Positions 24,731 through 35,505 of a stretch of 64,000 nucleotides of DNA are shown here, piece by piece. The DNA is from Lama glama. Taxonomy: Eukaryota. A program made the translations under genes and the position numbers. Where the stretch lies: NCBI GenBank assembly GCA_028534125.1, contig CM052816.1, positions 86,492,001 through 86,556,000 on the forward strand, given 5' to 3'. The notes under the pieces are model-generated. The model saw only the letters and a program-made list of their open reading frames with translations, ran no database searches and was not told where the DNA came from. Position 1 is the stretch's first letter. Each line of letters starts with the position of its first letter.

Positions 24731-25429
24731 TAGTTTTTCAATAAATCTAAAGTTTATTTTCACTTTTTTCATATTAAAGCTGGATGGACTCACTATCTTA
24801 ACTTTTCACTGAAATAAGATTAAAATAACCCTTTACCTGGTTCGCTCGTCCCTAGAACAACAATACTTGATTTTATAACCCAGAGTAAATTGCTTTTCAA
24901 CTGCTTTTAAGTTAAAAATCAGATAAGGTTTATTCTCTAGTTGTGTTATCTTAAAACTATTGTGAGTATTCCTGTGACCCTAATCAAAAAACACTGTATG
25001 TGACATTTCAAGAAGCAGTGAAATGAACTAGGATTTTGAAGCCAATCTTAGTAAATTGCACTGTCCTCATTATCAGAACCTTCTTTACTGGGTAAGATCA
25101 TTTGGTTGATAATAAATAATCTGAGGTTTAAAATATTTATGTCACAAGTTTCTTTGTCTGCACATATACATGAATTTAGCCAAAATAAAAGGTCACATTT
25201 TCTCAAAAACTTAAGAATAAACATTTTCTTTCTCTTGGTAAGGGCTTATTTATTTTTTAATCACTTTGAAGGTCAAGAACACTTATCAATGGATGAAAGC
25301 GTTCTTTTTTATCCCACTAAAAAAAAGTCCCTGGTTTGCCTTCTCACACAAGCTTGAGGATAAGTCTTACATTTCTAAGTTAATAAAAGAGAAAACATAA
25401 TTTAATACCACCTTACAAAATTATACAAT

Positions 25430-25785
25430 TGCCTTAGTTCAGGCCGCTATAACAGAATACCATAGGATGGTAACTTAAACCACAGAAATTTATTTCTCAT
25501 AGTCTGGAGACAGGCAAGTCCAAGAGCAAAGCACAGGCCAATTTCATGTTTGGTGAGGGCATGCTTCCTAGTTCGCACACAGCAGTCTTCTCTGGTATCC
25601 TCACGTGGCAGAAAACAAGCATCTCTCTCCTGTCTCCTTTTGTAAATGCACTAATCCCATTCATGAGAGTTCCACCCCCATAACCTAACTACTTCCCAAA
25701 GACTGCACCTCTGTATTCTCTCATACTGGGAATTTACCTAGGCTGTGACATATGAATTTTTAGGGGATGCATTTAGTCCATACCA
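25430..25785 (-). mobile_element. MaLR solo LTR, MLT1A-like
   Basis: gctataacagaataccata...agaaatttatttctcatagtctgga...ggtgagggc...cactaatcccattcatgag...catatgaattt. Confidence 0.85.
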
Positions 25786-26877
25786 GTAAAAAATCCTTTA
25801 TCTTTTAAATATCTGTTCTAATGAGACTAAATAAATATAGATATTTCTTCATACATATACCTAGTAAGATGTTTTTCCTTCCTTTCTTTATCTAATTGAA
25901 TTCACATGTTTCTCCAAATCATCATTTGTAAAGGATCATGACCAAAATGTTAGGGGATAGTGAATGAGACTAGGAAACTAATAGAACCGGGAGGAATTTG
26001 ATTTTAACTTCCTCCTACCTTTTATGCTATTTTCATTATTATGATTATTAAAATAATTTTATTATTATTATTGATACCTTCTCATGGAAGTAGGGAAATG
26101 TCCTGTCTGAGTGGTGTACATTTCTACTTACGGGTCTACACCTGTAAAGATACACCTAGCTGAAATTCATACGTGGTTTTTGTAGTTAATTCAATGTAGT
26201 AATTTGAATTCACTCTTGGATCACTCACGTGATTTAGCAATTTTTTTTTTTTGCCTCATGAATGATATATATTTCCATGGAAAATCTCATAAATTTCTAA
26301 ACCTTAATGTCTAAATAATGTGGTCTTTTTTTCTCTCAGTAATTAAGGCCTTCCAGTAACTTCATAAGTTAAAAGAAAAATCTATGCAGCTCTATCAGCA
26401 AAGCTATTTAACAGAAACAAATACTCTGTATCTTGGGAAGAAAGCTGCCTTTTTAATACTGCACAAGAATGTAAAAATTTGGGCATATTTTTGCCCTTCT
26501 TGTTTCATTTGAAGCTGAATTCAGTTTGAGCCTATTTGTTATACATCTTATGTCACTAATGCAAAGTATAAATAATGTCTGTACAATCCGGAAATATCTT
26601 TAAACAGTTCTTTAAAAAAAATAGGTAAGTCACTGTATTTGAAAAGACTTTCACACGGCGTTAAAAATAAATGAGAATCAGTGTTCTTAAACTCTACCGA
26701 TCTTCTCTCACCCCCTGCCATAACAAAAAGGAAATCTATGGAAGTCCAAAATTAATCCTAAATTCCAACTTGTTCCAGAAAACCTAAAAAACTTAAACCC
26801 CTTTAGAGTACTTCCACTTGTTATTTATGTGGTGTTTTTAGATGGCCCTCTAGTGAATCTTTTTTTCTTTTTTCAAG

Positions 26878-27368
26878 TTATAGTAGTACTGTTCGCAGCT
26901 CTGAAAAGACAGCGGAAAAAAGAGCCTCTGATCTTGTCGAAAGAGGATATCAGAGACAACATCGTGAGCTATAACGATGAAGGTGGTGGCGAGGAGGATA
27001 CCCAAGCCTTTGATATCGGCACCCTGAGGAATCCTGCCGCTATCGAGGAAAAAAAGCTGCGGCGAGACATCATTCCGGAGACTTTATTTATACCGCGGAG
27101 GACGCCTACAGCGCCGGATAACACGGATGTCCGGGATTTCATTAACGAGAGGCTGAAAGAGCACGACCTGGATCCCACCGCGCCTCCCTACGACTCTCTC
27201 GCAACGTATGCCTACGAAGGAAACGACTCCATCGCGGAATCCTTGAGTTCTTTAGAATCAGGCACCACTGATGGAGACCAAAACTACGATTACCTCCGAG
27301 AATGGGGCCCTCGGTTCAATAAGCTGGCGGAAATGTATGGTGGCGGGGAAAGTGACAAAGACTCTTAA
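26878..27368 (+). CDS. CDH10: Cadherin-10 last coding exon (rest of the TM helix, p120- and beta-catenin-binding tail, stop)
   Basis: T-rich tract then aAG (26876-26877). (V)[17 protein letters not shown]...[11 protein letters not shown]...[13 protein letters not shown]...[24 protein letters not shown] at 27366-27368. The C-terminus is as I recall for CDH10, not CDH6 or CDH9. The seven exons total 1553 nt in one continuous frame. Confidence 0.96.
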
Positions 27369-27617
27369 CCTGGGATGTATGCTCAGCTCAAACAAGAGGA
27401 ATTAACTTTACCGACACCCTCTCCGCTTCACGAGATTTGATATTCAGGAGAAGTTTCCTGCCACTCAGCACCATTTTGTTTCCCCATTTACTTTTTAATT
27501 TGTTCATTAATTACATTAATTCTTTCCTGTAGAATGTCTCATGGAATATATACGACATTTTATTTAATCACTTCCAAGAGCCAAAGCTATGGAAATTCAG
27601 TGTTGTCCATCTTAGGA

Positions 27618-27623
27618 AATAAA
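27618..27623 (+). terminator. Possible proximal poly(A) signal (AATAAA)
   Basis: Canonical hexamer ~250 nt after the stop; its context is weaker than the distal site. Confidence 0.35.
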
Positions 27624-27907
27624 AGATAATTTCAGAAACATGAACAGGATAGTTCTTCCTTAAGCAGCCTCACAAAAAGCCGCTTCTGTTAGATACACGC
27701 CCTGCCCTTGCAAATGAAGCTTTTCAAAAGGTGAAGAAAAATTTTAAAGTATATCCTGTTCTGTACATTAAATTAAACAAAAAATGTACATGTGGTGTTA
27801 GTAGGTGTGATATGCAACCTGGTATACAAACGTTTGTGCAATTTCATTTCATCAAATTCTATCTGCTAATGTTTTATATTTATATTTTTGTATTTATTTT
27901 TAAAAAA

Positions 27908-27913
27908 AATAAA
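27908..27913 (+). terminator. Likely main poly(A) signal (AATAAA) of CDH10
   Basis: Canonical hexamer preceded by TGTA and T-rich elements, followed ~15-45 nt later by CA dinucleotides and a T-rich tract. Confidence 0.7.
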
Positions 27914-30900
27914 CCAGTTTTTACAACTACCTTGTCTCTAGCTTCTTTTTTTCCCTAGGAAGAAAAAGTTTCTCCGTGGACCAAACATCTTGGTACGAAA
28001 TTACACTGAATGCAGGTAAGAAAACAAAGTTATCACAATTACTATAGAGAGCTCTAACCAAATTAGAATGATTTAGGGAAGAATTATTTTTCCATTGAGT
28101 CCTGCTATGCTGTGATATGTGAAAAACTCTTCACATTAAAAGTGATAGTCATTTACAGATCGCCTAAAAATTTACCATATAAGCAAATTTAAAACATGGC
28201 CATCCTTATGCTGAATATCCCAAAATCCCAGCAATGCAGTAATTTTGTTTTGCTCTTATTGACTAAAATAATATCTGAAAGAATAAAACGTTTTCTTATT
28301 TTTGTATGACATTTGTGCTATTCAGGTTTATGGGCAATAATAGTTCAGACAGATTTCATACTGAAATAATCTTTTAATGGAAAATATGCTTACCTCCCAT
28401 GGTGACTTTGAAATGCCTAGTAATGACAGTAATAATGCTGAATATTCCATTAAGATACAGCATTGTGATTATGTAAAGTTTCCAAAAATCCATTGTGTAT
28501 TGTATGTTTGTAACAAAGTCTGTTTTTCTGTCACTGAATGATTCAATAGAATGGAAAAAAAAAAAAGTATCAGTGGTTAATTATCTGAAGTTCCTGAGAT
28601 TGAGGGAGGCCAACTGCCACTAACTGATGCCTCTTTTCTCAAGATCCAAACATGATTTATTCATAAATGGAGCACTTTGTTGGGCCTACACTAGGAAGTC
28701 ACATTCCCTGCTGAGTATATCGTCAACAATACCAAAGATTGTGTGCTTTCCAATTAGCAAAAATGGTATGCTTTTGGAGTGAGTCAAAGGGCAATACTGA
28801 CATATCCTTAATGCAGAATTAATTTTTTCAATCTTCTTGCATGATATTTTTTCCCCCAGCTCCCAGGCTGAAAAGACACACATCCCTCTGACCACAGACA
28901 TTTTAGTTTGCATGGTATTCTAATCATGAAAGAAAAACAACCTTGTGTGGTCTAATTAAAATTACAGTCACATTACAAGGCTAAGTGACACATCAGACTA
29001 TAGTAAACCTAACTTGGTCAACTTCCTGTATTCCAAGAATGGATTCATGCTCCCAGAAAGTTGACTGTCAAAAGGACAAAATTTAAGGGGAAAAAAAAGT
29101 TTGATCATGTATGCTGAATAAAGAACAAGAAAATCTTCAATATCCTAGAAGGTTTATTCATTCAAATAAAAACAGCAAAAAATGGAAAAGATAGAAGAAG
29201 GTATATCTTATGAGCATTTCATGTTAGTTATGATTCAAACTATAGGATTCATTTGACTGAAAATTAGTTTTACAATGTCCAGCATTAGTTATTTTTATTA
29301 ATATTAGATGTCAGTAATTAGAATTCTTATTTGAATATTTTTAATTATCCTCATTCAGATAATTTCAAACTGACATTAACTTGTTCTGTCATTTATTTTA
29401 TTTGCCATCCAACTTTTATATATTTAAAGGATCTGTGGGCCCTAACATCATTCAAACCAGGTTTCCAAAAATTCTCTTTACGGAGATTGAATGGCAGACT
29501 TCTTTGGCAACAAAAATGATATTGTACAGAAATCATTTTTTAGAGTACTGAAACAGTCCTTGGAAAGAGATATCCTAATATTGTTTGATAATGATGGTAA
29601 TATATAATTAATTACTTGGAGACTCTGAAATTAAAAATTACAACTGTAAAGACCTACTCAGAAGGTGAGTTTCCCTTACATTATGCTCTCGCAAAGGAAT
29701 TCCCAATATATATTTTATTTTATGTCCACAGTTTCTTTTCTGGGGGAAGTGGGGAAATGACTCTCATTAACATGTTGTTGATTTTATCAGACAAATGTTG
29801 ATTTTATCAGATAGTTTATATATCCATGTATTCGTTCATTCATCAGATATTTTGAGCAGCCATTATAAAAATCAAAAGATATTCTAGATCCTACAGATGT
29901 CATAATAAATCACATATAACTTTATATGTGTATGTAATTCCTCTCATTGAAAGTGAAAAAAAATGACAAAATAGTTATCAAAACACTCAGAATTTACAAG
30001 AAAATTCCTAACTTTTACTAACTTTTTTAAGCCCAGTGGAAAGAAATTATTCTGTCATCTTTTTCATGTTCTAAATACTCAGATAAGTGAAATAAAATTG
30101 TAAATCTTTGGTCATTAGAAATGATTAAGTTAATTCTCATTGCTCTATTTTCAACAAAATATCAAAGAAAGTTTATGTAATGAAAATGCACGCTCTTACT
30201 GTGTTTCTCTACGTATGTCAAGCAGATATTGTCACAGAACTGCAAGAGTTCCAGACATTTTTTGGTATACTTAGACATTTAAGCTATGAGTAGTTAGATG
30301 TCTAGAATATTCTAAAATAAGGAAATTTAGGATTTAGAATTGAGAATTAGCGATATCTATATATTTGGATTCATTTATCAACACATCTACCTAAATATCT
30401 ATATATAATGTCTTCACTATGCCTTCACAAGCAAAACTCCTCTGCTACCCACCCCCCACCCCTGCCAAGTCCCCTCCCTTCCCCTCCACACAGCCACTCA
30501 CCCTGGCACTGGCTGATCCTGCAGGGAGGCCCCCCCGCCCTGTGGACTTGAGACTGGGCGGGCACCCCTAGGGGATGCTGCAAGACCAGGAGAGCTGAAG
30601 CTGCTGGTGGCAGTGAAGGGAGCCTCCCTGGCTCCCGTGCTGCCACTCCACATCTGTGGAGAGTACTCCCTGTTCCCGACGTTGAAATAAAGTTGACCGA
30701 TGGTGTCCTTCTGTGCCTGACTGGGCAGCTGGACGTGCCCATTACTTTGAAAGAGTGCAGTATTGGCCCAGGGAGAGGAGCTCAGGGCTCCGGCTTGGAC
30801 ACCGTGTGGGTTGTAAATAGTTGAGTCGTTTGTTTTGCTGAGCGCTCAGGAGAGAGCCGAGGCTTTGCTTACTTACTCCAGCGACACGCTCAAGCCCAAG

Positions 30901-30929
30901 ACTCCGTGGTAGTTCTGGACCAGACGTTT

Positions 30930-31660
30930 TCTTGCAAATCCCCTTCTAAGAAGTTGGTTCCATTTCATCTTTAAAACATATACAGAATCCCACCACTTCT
31001 CAGCATTTCCATTACTGAGCCCAAACCGCCGACACCTGTTTTTTTGGGTTATTAAGCGCAGTTCACTTAGACTCCGTGGCCTCCCTCCTGTCTCCTTGCC
31101 CCACTTACACTCTACCGTCAGCACTGAGATCAAAGAAATACTTTCAGCATGAATTTCGCTTTTGATTGTTCTGTGGTTCTAAACTCTACTCCTTCATTTT
31201 ACTCGAGAGTAGTAGGCAAACTCCTTACAATGTCCTCAAGGCCTCTCCAGACCCCTTTGATCTCTTTATTTATTTACTTTGCTCCAGCCTCTCACCCTTT
31301 GCTCTCTGCCCCACCTCTAACGTCATGTGTTTACACTGACCATTCCTTCTGTCTCTAGCTGTGTCCTTACTTCCTTTGAGTTCTTTATCAAAGGCAATTT
31401 TTTAAACTGAGGTCCACTCTGTCCATCTTACTTAGAGTTAACAGTATTTCCCTAGACTGACCCGTTGCTCTTACACTGAAGTTGTTTTCTTCTTAACACG
31501 ACCACAATTTTAACATGTTACATGACTTCTTTGTTTACTATGATTATTTTCTGTCTCCCTCAAATAGAATGTAAAATTCATGAGGGCATGGATTTTATAT
31601 TTTGTTTATCGTGATGCCGGAGACACAGAAGAGATAAACACTTGTTGGAAGAATTCGTAA
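30930..31660 (+). mobile_element. L2 LINE 3' fragment
   Basis: Pyrimidine-rich L2-like body ending in ctgtctccctcaaatagaatgtaaaattcatgagggcatggatttt...cttgttggaagaat. Confidence 0.65.
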
Positions 31661-32626
31661 ATATTGTACTACTTGATTTATCACACATGGTACTTAATTT
31701 TAAATATAGATGTATACATACTATGCATATGCTATTTCTGCCTTCTCCTTTATTTAGGTAGTGAACTATTCAAAGTAACAGGAAAAAAAAAAGTAATAGG
31801 AGGTATCTTAGTGATTTCTTTATTCATTTATCAGGAACCTTTTATTTTTTTCCAGACTGATATAGTGCTTGGATATTGTTTTAAGGATAAATGTTAATTA
31901 GCCAATAATTATTTTGGCTGATTGCTTTAGGAAATTACAGATACATCTTGAAGGACACACAAATCTAAGGAAGTCCCATTTTACATGAAGTTATGTGATA
32001 AATGTGTTTGAGATATTTACAAAGTGCCGAGAATTATGATAATGGTAATTGACATAAAATAAATGCTAGAGGCAGAGAAAGACTGGCTTTTCAGGATCTG
32101 TTCTGGTGTGGTTGAGGTTTGGGTCACGACTTTCAGAAGCTTAGTATTGTGAAAAGGCCAAATAAAGGGACAGTTGATCAGGGAAAATTTTGAGAAAGAG
32201 TGTGATGAAAGGGAACAAAAGATGGGAGTCCCAAGGAAAACTCTCCTGCTTCCTTGCTAAAAGGCACTGGGATTCAGTGCTTGAATTTATTTGTTTCTTG
32301 TATTTTTTTCCTTATTTGTTCCCTGAAAGTTGTGATTACTAGGTAGAAAGAGTTAGATTTGTATTTTCTTGGTTACTTTTAAAAAATCTCTCTTTTTGAA
32401 ATTGACAAAATATACCAAGTTATTGATATGCAAAGAGAGTAGCCTGCAAACTTACCTAGGTGTGGACTTTAGAGACAACCCTGAATCAGGAACCAACAGC
32501 AAACCACAGGAATTGGATTCTTTTGAGAAGATTGATGTGAATGAACAAAGATGCTTGGAGCCAGAGGTACATTGATGGTTAAAAGTTAAGAAACAAATAT
32601 ATATGCTCCAAAAAAGTCAGTAAAAC

Positions 32627-32646
32627 TCTATCTATCTATCTATCTA
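32627..32646. repeat. (TCTA)n microsatellite
   Basis: About five tandem tcta units. Confidence 0.8.
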
Positions 32647-33477
32647 GTTATATAATTTATTTTCATCCACTCAAACATTTATTATACATATTACACTTTA
32701 AATCCAGTTTCCCTGATAATCTCATTATTTCTGTAAGGCTACACAGTATTTACTTCCATGCTGCACTAGCTACTTTATTTCCAGATGTGGAAACCAGCTA
32801 AGGAAAAAAAGAGGAGGAAAGGCTCTTCTCACAACTCTAATTCGTAAGAGCAAAAACAAACAAAAAAAGACAAAGAAAATTACTTTATTTAATCTTACTT
32901 TCTACCATTATTATAAATGGGATGATTTTAGGGTATGCATAAATTAGTAACACAATGGATATTCTTTATTCAATTCAAGGATTTATATAGGAAAGAATTA
33001 GCGATCAATAAGAGCATAACGGAAAACTGGTAGACAGTATGCGAAAGCTCTTTTCCAGCTGTGGAATTATCCTGAATTTGGAACATGACATTTACAACTC
33101 CACAGGAAGGATGCCACAGCAACTTCTTTCCAAAATTTATCTGAACAAACCTCCTACACATTGTGAAATATTTAGAAGCATTCCTAAGACTCTTGCCATA
33201 ATCTTTGTCTCTTTCCTTTTACAATCAAGAGGATTTTAAATGAGGTTTTAATCAATATGTAAAATCTATGCTGTTGTGTAACAGTTTACATTTATTTCCA
33301 TTATCCTTACTATTAACATAGCTTAAAATAAATCTTTCTTAAATGATTTTGTCAGTGTCAGTGAATCTTTGTGAAAAACAGCCAAAGGGTGACTGATTCT
33401 ACTTCCAATATATTCTACTTTTCTTTTAGAAGAGCAAAACATTAGCATTACAAAGTTATTTGTTTGAAATTATTATT

Positions 33478-33585
33478 TATCTTTTTCCATTGTTATTGAG
33501 ATATAACTGATATATATCAATTAGATATAATTGATGTATAAGTTTAAGGTGTACAACATCATGATTTGATATATGTATTCATCTT
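33478..33585 (-). mobile_element. Short L1M 3'-end fragment
   Basis: ttattgagatataactga...gtttaaggtgtacaacatcatgatttgatatatgtat. Confidence 0.65.
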
Positions 33586-35005
33586 AACTATGTAACTTTG
33601 ATATTCGTTTCTTCAAAGAGTTGAACTTTATTATGGGTAGAATTTGACTCTACCTTTGTGATAACTCTGAGCAGAGGAAATATTCATTCAAAAAGGTGTA
33701 GGTACTTCAGTAGCACCAACATGAAACATTCTATTGGCAGATCTATACAATTAAGATGAAAGCAACTCCATAATTTTTAGGTTGCGTTTGGTTAAACACG
33801 TAAATCTGGTAAAATGCTAGTTCCAAGAAATGCATTGGACACCTAAGTAGGTATTACATAAATACCTGTTGAGTGATTGATTAATGTTGGCATTCTAATA
33901 CTTTGTTTTCTAATTTTGGCACTGCAGAAAATGTCAGGTTCCATGCCTTCCCTACCCTCAACCAAAAAGGCAACATGTTTCATTCATATTTGAAAAAGCA
34001 TATTCTAGAAATGTCACAGTAACCTTTTAAGATGACAGTCTCTGCCTAGGAATTCTTGACAGCAGCGATGCACAGTTATGCCAGCTATATACTGAAACTT
34101 TCTTACATCGTCTTCCCAAAAGTGATAGCCTGAGCAGACAGGATTTAGATGATTGGATGGAAGGGACACAAACTCAACGCACACTTTTATAAACTTCATT
34201 TTTGAGATAGGAATAGAAAAAGTAAAATTCAATTTCTGGTTTATTTACTGTCAAAAGTAAGTAATTCAAGTTATTTAAAGATAATTATAATATGTGTCAA
34301 TTTCCCTATCTGTGAAGCTAATACCTCAATGCACTGTTAATATAGAAAACTGAACACAATTAATGTTGTACCTTGATACTTTCATTAGTATACATTTTTC
34401 AATTTTGTTGAAAAGTAAGAAAAATAAAGATGAACACCAAAGTTATTTTCCAAATCACTTAAAATGTAGTGATGCATCTTTTAAGTGGTAAACATAAATA
34501 CCTAAAATATAAGTCCGATTATTATGTTCTTTTCACTAATGAGAATATACAGGTGAGGATTAAATAAAATTGCTCAAGGTTCTACTCTCTTTATGCAATG
34601 GAGCTGGGAAATACAAGTGGCAAGTGGCTCAGCTCTTAACCTAAGCCTACTAGTGGTAAGGATAAAACAATAAATCGTTATATCTCAGGGTAGTCACGAT
34701 AGTGAGATTTCTATGAACCGTGTCATTTATAGAGAATGAACTTTTTAATTTAAAATTATTTAATTTAATTTAAAAATATGTAGTTGTGTTTGAAACACAC
34801 CTTTGGCCTTAGCTTCACGGCTGGTACAATCCTGATCTCTCAGTTTGTCCCCTGAGCTCTCTAACATGAGAAGGTCGTGCTGTATACTCCACCCTCGATC
34901 ACATCACGAGTGTGTGAAAGATGGGGAGACGTCTAAAAAACAAAATGGTAAAGGGATAAAGGGAGCATTGATCCTGTGAGTGGATGTGAATGATGTCTCT
35001 CCAGC

Positions 35006-35505
35006 NNNNNNNNNNNNNNNNNNNNNNNNNNNNNNNNNNNNNNNNNNNNNNNNNNNNNNNNNNNNNNNNNNNNNNNNNNNNNNNNNNNNNNNNNNNNNNN
35101 NNNNNNNNNNNNNNNNNNNNNNNNNNNNNNNNNNNNNNNNNNNNNNNNNNNNNNNNNNNNNNNNNNNNNNNNNNNNNNNNNNNNNNNNNNNNNNNNNNNN
35201 NNNNNNNNNNNNNNNNNNNNNNNNNNNNNNNNNNNNNNNNNNNNNNNNNNNNNNNNNNNNNNNNNNNNNNNNNNNNNNNNNNNNNNNNNNNNNNNNNNNN
35301 NNNNNNNNNNNNNNNNNNNNNNNNNNNNNNNNNNNNNNNNNNNNNNNNNNNNNNNNNNNNNNNNNNNNNNNNNNNNNNNNNNNNNNNNNNNNNNNNNNNN
35401 NNNNNNNNNNNNNNNNNNNNNNNNNNNNNNNNNNNNNNNNNNNNNNNNNNNNNNNNNNNNNNNNNNNNNNNNNNNNNNNNNNNNNNNNNNNNNNNNNNNN
35501 NNNNN
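35006..35505. other. Assembly gap (500 N)
   Basis: Run of exactly 500 N. Confidence 0.99.

Larger units (their letters stand above)
27369..27935 (+). other. CDH10: CDH10 3'UTR (end approximate)
   Basis: Repeat-free AU-rich sequence after the stop, ending in a U-rich/UGUA region, AATAAA (27908-27913) and a downstream pyrimidine-rich tract. Confidence 0.7.

Noticed and set aside
26969..27178. Antisense ORFs over CDH10 exons (also 3606-3881 and 3670-3939)
   Set aside because: Shadows of the coding strand's codon structure, with no independent signals.
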